A DNA stretch of 64,000 nt from an uncultured Prochlorococcus sp. (GCA_902625845.1 CACOCT010000004.1:2778-66777), one strand, 5' to 3'. Numbered from the stretch's first letter, positions 43,825 to 52,818 are shown. Notes: generated by a model not told the origin, from the letters alone. Made by a program: numbers and translations.

Positions 43825-45645
43825 TTAATATGCAAAATTTATTTTAATTCCAAATTTGTCTTCTCCTCTGAGATTTTGTCCTAAATCCTGAATACCAATA
43901 GCATTAGAGTAATATAAATCTATTGATTTATCAGTACCATAAAGATATCTAAAGGATAATGTATTATTAAATTCAGATTCTTGTTTTAAGAGAGAATTCA
44001 TCTCAGGAATAATTTGTAAATTATCAGCGAGGTTTATATATTTTGATATACCAATAATTCCAAAACTTTCTGCTCCACTAAAGAAATATTTTGGACTAAT
44101 ATTAATCGCTAACCAATTATTTAACCTTACAGTATTTATTAGTTCTGAATAAACATATCCTTGATTAGTATTATCATTTCGTCCAACTGAAGTTCTTATC
44201 GAACTCCAAAAATTATTATTTTTCTGAGGACTAAAAATCATTAATTTGCCTCCTAATCTAAAATTAAGATTATTATTATCAAAATATAAGTTTCTAAGTC
44301 CCCTATTTTTATTTTTTGGGTTTTCAGTATCCTTAAAAGTTCCAATATCAATGAACTCTAACTGGAAAATATTTGAAAGAGAGTATTTATAGGAAAAAAA
44401 GGCATTTCCTCTTGAGTCATAATTTAAACTTCCTTGAGAATTACCAAAATCCTGTATGAGAGCGTTATTAACAGTCAATCCTCCAAAACTCATGAGTTTA
44501 TCTCTAATACTAAGAGGATCTAGAATAGTATCTTTCCCATATGGATTAAAAATTAAATTTGCAGAGTAAAGATTTTTGTTATCCGATGGAATTGTTAGTA
44601 AACCTGTGGAAGGCGTTGATCCATAGGAATTTGAAATTTTTCCTAAAATGCCAATCTTATCATTTAAATCCCAATTCAATCCAAAACTATAGATTGATTT
44701 ATTTGAGTATTTAAGATAGCTATCAAAATAGTTGCTACCAGGTCCTAAAGGATTAGTTATAGATGACAAGAATTTGAGATTATCCGATAAATTAATAACA
44801 ATTCCTGTACCAATATAAAAATTATTTCCATATGAATTTTTACCGACATTTTTTGTGCCTAATTTATCTGGAAGAAAAGTTATTCCAGGCACAAGTATTA
44901 AGGTTAATTTCTTTCCAAATTCTTTTGAAATAGGTAGAGAAAATGCCCCTACTATATTCACGTATTTTTCTTTACCAACTGAATCATCCTTCTCATTAAA
45001 AATACTTTTCGCATTTTTGCCCCCACTGGCATTTCTCCAATATTCTAAAGTTGAGACAGAGGAGACCACCAGTTTTTGTTTTTGATTATCAAATAATTTC
45101 CTCTTATATGAAAGTGCAAAATTTTGCCAGTTATACGGTATGGCTACTCCATCAATGCGATTATATAAATTATCATCCGCTTCAGCAAAATAGAAAGATA
45201 AAATTGAATCATCAGTTATTCCGTAATCGACGAGAAATGATGGATTTTGTTGGCCGGTACCTCCTGAGATACCTCCATCGAAGGAAGATTTCCATTTAAT
45301 AGTTGTTTGAGAATTTCCTTGATATAGAAAATTATTTAAAGGAATAAATGAATCTATATGAGTTAAAACATTTTTGTTAAAAGTTTGTTGTTCATACACA
45401 CTGTAAAAGTCATTTTTATTTTTAAAGTTATAATCACTATTAATTTGATTTGATTCTTCATCAGAGAAATAGCCTTCATCATTTTTATAAGATTTCCATA
45501 TTATTTTATTAATTTTTTTATTATTAATTTTTTCCCACTTTAAAGAATTATCCTCCTCTAAAATTTTTACCTTCTTATTCGCATACACTTTAAATAACGA
45601 TAATGTCTGGAAAATTAATAGAAAAGAAAGAAATAGTTTCATCAT
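43825..45645 (-). CDS. Probable outer-membrane beta-barrel protein, unknown function
   Basis: Signal peptide, alternating aromatic strands, C-terminal GIKINFAY. Confidence 0.7.
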   Translation of the reverse strand: MMKLFLSFLLIFQTLSLFKVYANKKVKILEEDNSLKWEKINNKKINKIIWKSYKNDEGYFSDEESNQINSDYNFKNKNDFYSVYEQQTFNKNVLTHIDSFIPLNNFLYQGNSQTTIKWKSSFDGGISGGTGQQNPSFLVDYGITDDSILSFYFAEADDNLYNRIDGVAIPYNWQNFALSYKRKLFDNQKQKLVVSSVSTLEYWRNASGGKNAKSIFNEKDDSVGKEKYVNIVGAFSLPISKEFGKKLTLILVPGITFLPDKLGTKNVGKNSYGNNFYIGTGIVINLSDNLKFLSSITNPLGPGSNYFDSYLKYSNKSIYSFGLNWDLNDKIGILGKISNSYGSTPSTGLLTIPSDNKNLYSANLIFNPYGKDTILDPLSIRDKLMSFGGLTVNNALIQDFGNSQGSLNYDSRGNAFFSYKYSLSNIFQLEFIDIGTFKDTENPKNKNRGLRNLYFDNNNLNFRLGGKLMIFSPQKNNNFWSSIRTSVGRNDNTNQGYVYSELINTVRLNNWLAINISPKYFFSGAESFGIIGISKYINLADNLQIIPEMNSLLKQESEFNNTLSFRYLYGTDKSIDLYYSNAIGIQDLGQNLRGEDKFGIKINFAY

Positions 45646-45900
45646 TATCTAATTTTAATTTATTCATTCAAACTATTTTAAAAATAATTTAAATTTTAAA
45701 ATAATAAAATTAAATAATATATTATTAACTTATTTTAAAAGCAATAAAAACAAGAAAACTATTATTTTGATAAGACTATAGAACAAAAAGGGAACTTGAA
45801 CCTTTTTACAATATAAATTGCAAAATATTTATAATCTTTCTCCTGGAAAGACTCAATCGCTTTTCCTTACTATTAAATAAAATCTTTAATATTTGAAATT

Positions 45901-46923
45901 TTAATCCCATCCAGCACTTTTCATTAATTTAATCGCATCAGAGTTAAAATCTCCAAGCTGCTGTACAGTAACACTATCAGGATTAAAATCACCAAAGTTT
46001 TGAACAATTGGGTTTTGATTAACTTCTTTTAAAGGGTGTTCAAAGGTTGGAGAAGCAATTCCCTTACTTCCTATTGGTGAAGCTAAAAACTCAAGCAATT
46101 TAATAGCCTCTGATTTATTTTTTGCGTACTTAGCAACTCCTCCAGCACTAATATTCACATGAGCAGGATTTGGAGTAAGAACATTTACTTTTCTTGCAAA
46201 TAATTTATCTCTCCTTCCATTAACTCCTGCAAGCATTCTTGCGACATAATAATGATTAACTATTCCAACTCCACATTTTTTCCTAGCTACAGCTCTAACG
46301 ATTGCGATATCTCCGGGGAAAAATGGTTGTGAAACATTTGAAATCATTCCTTTTAACCAATTTCTTGTTGCTTCTTCACCTTTATTAACTATTTGATTAG
46401 CGACTAACGACTGATTATATGGACTTTTTCTATTTCTCAAGCAAACTTTTCCTTTTAGTGAGGGATCTGCTAAATCGGTATAATCCTTAATCTTATTAAT
46501 ATCGACAACCTTTGGATTAGCAACAATTACTCTTACTCTTCTTGTTAAAGCAAACCACTCATTACCTGGATCTCTTAAGTCTTCTGGAACGTCATTGTTT
46601 AAACTTGAAGAATCAATTGGTTGAAGTAAATTAGCTTTTGCCGCATTAGTTATTCTTGCTGCATCTACTAATAAAATAACATCAGCTTGTGAATTTTCCC
46701 CTTCTCTTTTTAATCTCTCTATAAGAGATATTCCAGCTGCTTCAATTAGCCTTACTTTTATACCTGTTTCTTCGGCGAATCTTTTGAATACAATTCTATC
46801 AGTATTGTAATGTCTTCCTGAGTATACCTTTACCTCTTTTTGAGTAGTGTTTGCAGGAGTATTAAAATTAAATAAAATAGGAAATGTTAAAGCTGAAAAG
46901 AAAAATTTCTTAAGTTTTTTCAC
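45901..46923 (-). CDS. futA: Fe(III) ABC transporter substrate-binding protein (FutA/IdiA)
   Basis: YSGRHY, YNQSL and VNHYY iron-ligand motifs. Confidence 0.93.
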   Translation of the reverse strand: MKKLKKFFFSALTFPILFNFNTPANTTQKEVKVYSGRHYNTDRIVFKRFAEETGIKVRLIEAAGISLIERLKREGENSQADVILLVDAARITNAAKANLLQPIDSSSLNNDVPEDLRDPGNEWFALTRRVRVIVANPKVVDINKIKDYTDLADPSLKGKVCLRNRKSPYNQSLVANQIVNKGEEATRNWLKGMISNVSQPFFPGDIAIVRAVARKKCGVGIVNHYYVARMLAGVNGRRDKLFARKVNVLTPNPAHVNISAGGVAKYAKNKSEAIKLLEFLASPIGSKGIASPTFEHPLKEVNQNPIVQNFGDFNPDSVTVQQLGDFNSDAIKLMKSAGWD

Positions 46924-47025
46924 TTTTAATATTGATATCTATGGTTACTTTATCTCTATCTATAGAAATAGAAATTTAAAAGATATTTTACTTACACATT
47001 AATGTATCATTTCTACCTTTATTAA

Positions 47026-47691
47026 ATGAATTATTTAACTTGTCCTTTACTTCTTGATGAAGAAATTAAAATATTAAAAGCAAATTTGTCTTCCGAGAAT
47101 AGTGATTGGGAAAACGGAAAAAAAACAGCAGGAAGTCTCGCTTCCAAAGTAAAAAATAATTTGCAATTAAATAGAAATTCAGAAATTTCAAAAAATAATA
47201 CTAAATTTATAGTAAAAAAACTTTTAACTAATTCACTTATTAAAAGCTTTGCTCTTCCAAAAAAAATACACGGCATTATGTTTACAAAATCATCAAAGGG
47301 TATGAGATATGGCCGCCATGTCGATAATGCCTATATGTCTTCAGGAAGAGCAGATTTATCATTCTCTATTTTCTTAAATAAAAAAGATTCTTATGGAGGA
47401 GGAGAGTTGGTTGTTGAAAATATAAATACCGAAAACAAATTTAAACTAAATCAAGGGGAAATTATTTTATACCCTAGTACATATTTACATTCAGTAGAGG
47501 AAATAACAAATGGAGAAAGATTAGTATGTGTTGGGTGGATAGAAAGTTATGTTAAAAGTATTGAAGAGAGGGAATATCTTTTTGATATGGATGCTGGAGC
47601 TAGAGGAATACTTGCAAAATATGGGAGGTCAGATGAGTTAGATTTAATTTTCAAATCGTATTCAAACTTGCTGAGAGTTTTAGGCAATTAG
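47026..47691 (+). CDS. piuC: PKHD-type Fe(II)/2-oxoglutarate hydroxylase (PiuC/YbiX family)
   Basis: W..G..TAG.....K.N.Q, YGRHVDN, Y.GGEL and YPST.LH.V.....GER motifs. Confidence 0.9.
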   Translation: MNYLTCPLLLDEEIKILKANLSSENSDWENGKKTAGSLASKVKNNLQLNRNSEISKNNTKFIVKKLLTNSLIKSFALPKKIHGIMFTKSSKGMRYGRHVDNAYMSSGRADLSFSIFLNKKDSYGGGELVVENINTENKFKLNQGEIILYPSTYLHSVEEITNGERLVCVGWIESYVKSIEEREYLFDMDAGARGILAKYGRSDELDLIFKSYSNLLRVLGN

Positions 47692-47763
47692 GAGAATCAT
47701 ATGTTACAACTAATAGATAATTGCAAAAAGAATTACTAATATAATAATAATTTCTAAGTTAAA

Positions 47764-48003
47764 ATGCCTAAAAAAAGTTCTATAGCAATGTTTATCGCTG
47801 CAACGAGTGCGTTAGCTATTTCTTCTACTGATAGTATTGCTATTAAAGCTGGAGAAAATGATTTAGGGGGAACTAAAGAATGGAATACTGATATGCCTTT
47901 GGATGCAGAATTTATACTTGATGAAAAAGCTCAAAAGTTAGCCGATGAAGCTAAAGCATCAAGTACATGTATTCCCATTGGAGAAGGTGAAAACTGCTGG
48001 TAA
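47764..48003 (+). CDS. Small secreted acidic peptide with C-terminal CIPIGEGENCW
   Basis: ATG start, signal-peptide-like N-terminus, strong terminator directly downstream. Confidence 0.78.
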   Translation: MPKKSSIAMFIAATSALAISSTDSIAIKAGENDLGGTKEWNTDMPLDAEFILDEKAQKLADEAKASSTCIPIGEGENCW

Positions 48004-48030
48004 AAAGATTAAAAGTCTTTATTAAAAAAT

Positions 48031-48057
48031 GAGCCATAAAATGGCTCGTTTTTTTTT
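48031..48057 (+). terminator. Intrinsic terminator after the peptide gene
   Basis: GAGCCAT-AAA-ATGGCTC-G-T9. Confidence 0.85.
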
Positions 48058-48062
48058 GGAAT

Positions 48063-48091
48063 AAAAAAAGAGGCCTCAATCTGAGACCTCT
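48063..48091 (-). terminator. Intrinsic terminator of the porin operon
   Basis: Minus strand AGAGGTCTCA-GAT-TGAGGCCTCT followed by a T run. Confidence 0.85.
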
Positions 48092-48115
48092 AGATTATGT
48101 GTAAGAGAATTTAGT

Positions 48116-49318
48116 TTAGAAACTAAATGTAGATTTTAAAATTACACCAGTTTCATCTGCAGTAGATCCACTATTATCTTTACTGTAGATAAGTGGTGTT
48201 ATGGTAATGCCATCAGCATAATTATATGAGTAGAAAACTTCATACATAGTTAATGCATCAGCATTTTCGTTATAAGGTTCTTTAGAACCTATCGCAGCTC
48301 CTAAAGTTCCATCTCCAACTTCATCCCACTGTATACCTATGAAATAGTGTGATGTTTGATCTGAAGTAGTTCCTGCAACAGAATCATCATGATTTGTTTC
48401 AAGCCCAGCACTTATAGATGGGAAATTAGGAAGATCAGGTGAGTAGTAAGCATTGAAACCAACACTCTGGGTATGTCCAACAGCTTTATTTAAAGTGATG
48501 ACACGGTTATTATTTGCATCATGGTTTTCAATATTTGCCCATGATACAGACACACCATAAGTATCTCCTATGTAAGAGAATTGAGCTCCAATAGCATCTG
48601 TGGATTCTTTGCTAACGAAACCTTTGGTTGAATTACCTTGTCCCTCATAAGCGAGAGCGGCAGTAAAACCGTTTCCGAAATCAAAGCTTGCACCTAGCGC
48701 GGAACCAAGTCCTTCATCTACATTTGCAGCTGATATTCCACAATCGGTGAATGTATCTGCTTGAGCTCCATATACACATGCAGTGTTGTAAAGAGCACTA
48801 CCAGCAACTCCATCGCCAAATGCATAGAACGCGGACACTCTATCTCCTAATGGTGTTGTATAGGAAATTGTATCAATAGTAACTTTCTTACTACTATCTG
48901 TCATGTCAAGTTCTGTATAACCTTTAGAGACACCAGCCTGCATAACTACATCTAAAGAATCATCACCTGTAAAACTACTTTGTAGAGCAATTTCATAATC
49001 GAAATTAGCTACATAAGTTTCATCAGCTCCGCCTTCTTCTTTTCCAATAGCGAAATTAGAAGTAAAACTAGCTTTAGTTGTTGCAGAAAAAGTGTCTACA
49101 TCAAAATCTTCACTAGTTTGATTTTGATTAACGCCTTCTCCACCAGCAAGAAGAGGATTCTTACTTGAGAGAGGTTTAAAGGTATCAAGTGTAACTTGTG
49201 CTTGATCTTGAGAGTAACTAGTTACATCTCTAAAATTAGATTCATTAGCATTAGCTGCTAGTGGAGCAAAAAGTCCAAGAGCTGCAGGTGCTAGAAGTAA
49301 TTTCTGAAATAATTTCAT
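48116..49318 (-). CDS. Cyanobacterial porin (Som/OprB-like) lacking the SLH domain
   Basis: MKLFQKLL signal peptide, SSFTGDDSL, YEVFYSY, terminal STFSF; ATG at 49318 preferred. Confidence 0.85.
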   Translation of the reverse strand: MKLFQKLLLAPAALGLFAPLAANANESNFRDVTSYSQDQAQVTLDTFKPLSSKNPLLAGGEGVNQNQTSEDFDVDTFSATTKASFTSNFAIGKEEGGADETYVANFDYEIALQSSFTGDDSLDVVMQAGVSKGYTELDMTDSSKKVTIDTISYTTPLGDRVSAFYAFGDGVAGSALYNTACVYGAQADTFTDCGISAANVDEGLGSALGASFDFGNGFTAALAYEGQGNSTKGFVSKESTDAIGAQFSYIGDTYGVSVSWANIENHDANNNRVITLNKAVGHTQSVGFNAYYSPDLPNFPSISAGLETNHDDSVAGTTSDQTSHYFIGIQWDEVGDGTLGAAIGSKEPYNENADALTMYEVFYSYNYADGITITPLIYSKDNSGSTADETGVILKSTFSF

Positions 49319-49333
49319 TGTACTTCTCACTAA

Positions 49334-50797
49334 TTAGAACTTAAATGTAGTAGCTACGACAAAGCCGAAGATATTATCATTTGTAACTGTAGTGTTTTTA
49401 AGATCGGAACCACCGAAGATACCAGGTGTGATTTCAATAGAATCATTAGGCTTGAAAGAGTAATAAGCTTCCCACATGAATGGTTCGATACTCTTAGTTC
49501 CAGAAGTTGTATGGTTTGAACCTTTAATTGGCTGACCTAAAGCTATACCAATTGTGTCGTCTGCCTGGAACATGTCTGTCCAATTCAAACCAACTGAATA
49601 ACCTTCACCTTCTTTAAATCCATTTGTAACACCTGAGAAAGCAACAGTATCATAACCAATTGATATAGATGGAACTGCTGTTCCTTGATCTTCTGGTCTC
49701 CACCATCCTCTAAGGGCCCAACCTGTAGTGTCTTTACCAGCATTTTTTACTACTGAGTAATAAGGATAACCACCAGTAAATCCATTATTTTGAGTTGTGT
49801 ATGTAGCTGATAAATGATAATTATCACCAGTATAAGCACCCATCACGTTGACTTTGTTTACGTCATCTTCAGTAAATAGTCCTGTTGTAGTGGAGCCTTT
49901 CTTAGAGTTAGCTGTTATAGATGAAGCAAACCCATTGTCACCTACATACTTTAAACCAGCACCAACACTTGTACTTGCACCAAAAGCGATACCATGACCA
50001 CCAAATCTAAATGCCTTCAAAACTTTAGGCTTATATACAGATGGAGTTGCAGCTAACATGTAATAGTTTTCGATCAATGGACCAAAGGTAGCTGTAACTT
50101 TATCTCCAACTGGGAAAGTATACCAAATTTTGTCTACACGAAGAATGTTGTCTTTAGCACTTGTTTCGTTGTGGTAAGTTCCTGGCTTATTACCAAAATT
50201 AGTCTTAGCAAAATCACCACCACCTGTCTTAAGTCTTACATATAAATTGTCATCACCAGTAAAGGTAGTGTTTAAATTCATTTGGTAGACATAAGCAGCA
50301 CCAAAAGCTTCTGTATCTCCGTAAGTATCATCGTTACCATCAACACCACCAAGAAGGAAAACTGCTTTACCGTCTAATGTAGTTGTGTCAGAGAAAGTAC
50401 CTGCTTCGAATTCATTCATTCTAGCTTCGATACCATCAACGCGGCCTCTTAATAATGCAAGTTCACTTGAAAATTCATCAATAAGAGTTCTTTCGATGTT
50501 AGATACTTCAGCTACGTCTCCTAAGCAAGAGTTGACAATAGAAGCAGCTTCAAAACGTGTTAATGCTTTATCGTTTACTTCAATGTCACAACCTCTTGAC
50601 TGTACAAGATCTTTAATGGATTGGTGTGCCCAATCTCCTGGCTGAACATTTAAATAATTGTTTGTAAATCCTGCAGACTTAGAGCTATTGGAATAGCTGT
50701 TCATATCTTCAAGATTGACGTCAGTTGCTTGAGCAGCAAATGGAGCAATCATGCTCGCTGCTGCACCTGCGACCAACAATTGTTGGAAGAGTTTCAT
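49334..50797 (-). CDS. som: Cyanobacterial SLH-domain porin (Som / iron-uptake-porin family)
   Basis: VQPGDWA..., LTRFEAA, coiled coil, FSDTTTLDG, LNTTFTGDD, terminal TTFKF. Confidence 0.92.
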   Translation of the reverse strand: MKLFQQLLVAGAAASMIAPFAAQATDVNLEDMNSYSNSSKSAGFTNNYLNVQPGDWAHQSIKDLVQSRGCDIEVNDKALTRFEAASIVNSCLGDVAEVSNIERTLIDEFSSELALLRGRVDGIEARMNEFEAGTFSDTTTLDGKAVFLLGGVDGNDDTYGDTEAFGAAYVYQMNLNTTFTGDDNLYVRLKTGGGDFAKTNFGNKPGTYHNETSAKDNILRVDKIWYTFPVGDKVTATFGPLIENYYMLAATPSVYKPKVLKAFRFGGHGIAFGASTSVGAGLKYVGDNGFASSITANSKKGSTTTGLFTEDDVNKVNVMGAYTGDNYHLSATYTTQNNGFTGGYPYYSVVKNAGKDTTGWALRGWWRPEDQGTAVPSISIGYDTVAFSGVTNGFKEGEGYSVGLNWTDMFQADDTIGIALGQPIKGSNHTTSGTKSIEPFMWEAYYSFKPNDSIEITPGIFGGSDLKNTTVTNDNIFGFVVATTFKF

Positions 50798-50801
50798 TTT
50801 A

Positions 50802-50810
50802 CCTCACACA
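50802..50810 (-). promoter_or_regulatory. Yfr1-complementary site overlapping the porin RBS
   Basis: mRNA UGUGUGAGG is the exact complement of Yfr1 CCUCACACA (3941-3949). Confidence 0.75.
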
Positions 50811-50884
50811 AAATAACCCTATAAAAGGGGCATTACAACTTTAGTTGGATTATTCAGAAACTGCCAGGATCAAAAGATTCATTA

Positions 50885-50906
50885 ATTTGTATATTTTTTT
50901 ACAAAT
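50885..50906. promoter_or_regulatory. Palindromic operator upstream of the porin operon (NtcA-box-like)
   Basis: ATTTGTA-N8-TACAAAT. Confidence 0.5.
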
Positions 50907-50918
50907 GTCACTTATTGT

Positions 50919-51764
50919 CTAATTTTTCTGTTTTTCAGCCCAAGAGTTAGCAACTTCCTTAGCAAGATTTCTAATCTTTTCAATATAATGGGCTCTGTCT
51001 GTTACGGAGATTACGCCTCTTGCATCAAGCAAATTAAAGCAATGACTACACTTTAAAACAAAGTCTAAAGCTGGGAAGGTTAAATCTTTTGATATTAAAC
51101 TTTCAGCCTCTTTTTTATATAAATCAAAAAGATTTCTAAGGTTATCAGGATTAGATTCTTTAAAGTTAAAGTTACATTGATCTTTTTCGAAATCTAGCCA
51201 TATATCTCCATAAGTATTATTTTTATCCCAATTTAACTCCCATATACTCTCTTTGTTTTGTAAGAACATTGCAATCCTTTCAAGGCCATATGTAATTTCT
51301 ATAGGAATTGGAAAGCAATCAATTCCTCCACATTGCTGAAAATAAGTAAATTGAGTTACTTCCATGCCATCCAACCATACCTCCCAGCCAACTCCCCATG
51401 CTCCCAATGTAGGAGATTCCCAGTTGTCTTCTACAAATCTTATGTCATGATTTTTTGTAATAATTCCAAGTCTTTCTAAAGAACTCAAATATATCTCTTG
51501 GATCTGTTCAGGAGATGGCTTTATAATTACTTGATACTGGTAGTAGTGTTGAGCCCTATTTGGATTCTCACCGAATCTTCCGTCACTAGGCCTTCTGCAT
51601 GGCTCTGCATATGCAGTAGACCACTCTTTTGGACCTATCGCTCTTAAGAAAGTATGAGGGCTCATAGTGCCTGCACCTTTCTCAGTATCGTAAGGTTGCA
51701 TTATCAAGCAACCCTGGGAAGACCAAAATAAATTTAAATTCTGAATTATATCTTGAAAAAACAT
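50919..51764 (-). CDS. glyQ: Glycyl-tRNA synthetase alpha subunit
   Basis: [18 protein letters not shown] and EITYGLER motifs. Confidence 0.97.
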   Translation of the reverse strand: MFFQDIIQNLNLFWSSQGCLIMQPYDTEKGAGTMSPHTFLRAIGPKEWSTAYAEPCRRPSDGRFGENPNRAQHYYQYQVIIKPSPEQIQEIYLSSLERLGIITKNHDIRFVEDNWESPTLGAWGVGWEVWLDGMEVTQFTYFQQCGGIDCFPIPIEITYGLERIAMFLQNKESIWELNWDKNNTYGDIWLDFEKDQCNFNFKESNPDNLRNLFDLYKKEAESLISKDLTFPALDFVLKCSHCFNLLDARGVISVTDRAHYIEKIRNLAKEVANSWAEKQKN

Positions 51765-51910
51765 CTTAGAGTTGGTGATTATATTTTTAAAGGTTTGATA
51801 AATTATAAATTTTTTTAATTGATACAGTAAAAAGATTGACTTTTGCTTCTATTAATAATTTGCATTTTTTTAAAAAATAAACGTTAAAATTCATAAAGTA
51901 CTGTATGAGA

Positions 51911-52309
51911 CTAGTCATTATAAGTTACGAAGAAATTCAATGGAAAGGGACCATAAGTTAATGAATTGCAAGAAGGATCATCATATTGACATGTTAATAA
52001 AATCCCTTCTCCAAGACCATACTCTGATCTTATATAAACTTCTCCTGTCTTTTGATTTCCTTTCATGAATACATTTCCCATCGCCCTTAATTTTTCAAAA
52101 TTTTTAAAATGTATGAAAGGATATTTTTGAATGAATGTCCTAAAGGCATTCCTAGCCACCGTATCACTTTTAGCCATTACACCAATAGTAATCCAATCGC
52201 AATTTTCTATTTCACTAACCAACTCTAAAGATAATTTTTTAATTTGATTCAAATTAAGTTTTGGAGCAGATTTATATTTGTTTAAATCAGCTAAATGATT
52301 AATTTGCAT
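51911..52309 (-). CDS. DUF1824-like protein
   Basis: DWITIGVMA, VFMKGNQKTG and YGPFPL motifs. Confidence 0.75.
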   Translation of the reverse strand: MQINHLADLNKYKSAPKLNLNQIKKLSLELVSEIENCDWITIGVMAKSDTVARNAFRTFIQKYPFIHFKNFEKLRAMGNVFMKGNQKTGEVYIRSEYGLGEGILLTCQYDDPSCNSLTYGPFPLNFFVTYND

Positions 52310-52341
52310 ATTTTTATTTAAATAAATATAAACGATATTTA

Positions 52342-52677
52342 TTATCCAAAAGTCCTGCTATTCCATGCCCAATGATTTGAATTAACATCTTGAAAATAGA
52401 TGTATATTCTTTCTAAAGAGATTTCTAGCTCGGTAGCAAAAAATTCACAAATTGACTTTGACATTTTTGAAGGGACTAAAGATCCAATTGATTTAATTTC
52501 AATAAAAGCACAATATTCATCAGTACCTGCAAAATACATTGATAAGGAATCAGATATTTTAACCATCACATAATTCTCAGGTTTGTTTAGTAAAGAGGAA
52601 ATAAATTCTGAACTTTTTGATAAGAGGCTTTGTTCATCTTTTATCTCTTTATTGGTGGAAATATTTAATAAGGGCAC
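52342..52677 (-). CDS. MIF/tautomerase-family protein
   Basis: GTG at 52677 gives an N-terminal Pro (PLLNISTN); KPENYVMV, SIG and WAWN motifs. Confidence 0.85.
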   Translation of the reverse strand: MPLLNISTNKEIKDEQSLLSKSSEFISSLLNKPENYVMVKISDSLSMYFAGTDEYCAFIEIKSIGSLVPSKMSKSICEFFATELEISLERIYIYFQDVNSNHWAWNSRTFG

Positions 52678-52818
52678 TTTAGTTATCAATTAATTATTTT
52701 TATTATCGCAAAAATAAAACTTTATTTCTTTTTAAAATGTAAATTGTTAGTTTATAGTAAAAATTTCTTACGCGAATTTTAAAAAACAATATTAGTTTTA
52801 ATATAAAAATTTTTAATT

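Noticed and set aside
46924-47763. Fur boxes near futA/piuC and the peptide gene (GAGAATCAT, ATAATAATAAT, ACATTAATGT)
   Set aside because: Only 11-12/19 matches or short palindromes, which cannot be distinguished from AT-rich background by eye.
47026-50797. Mobile element or prophage origin of the piuC-porin block
   Set aside because: No integrase, transposase, tRNA or flanking direct repeats are visible.
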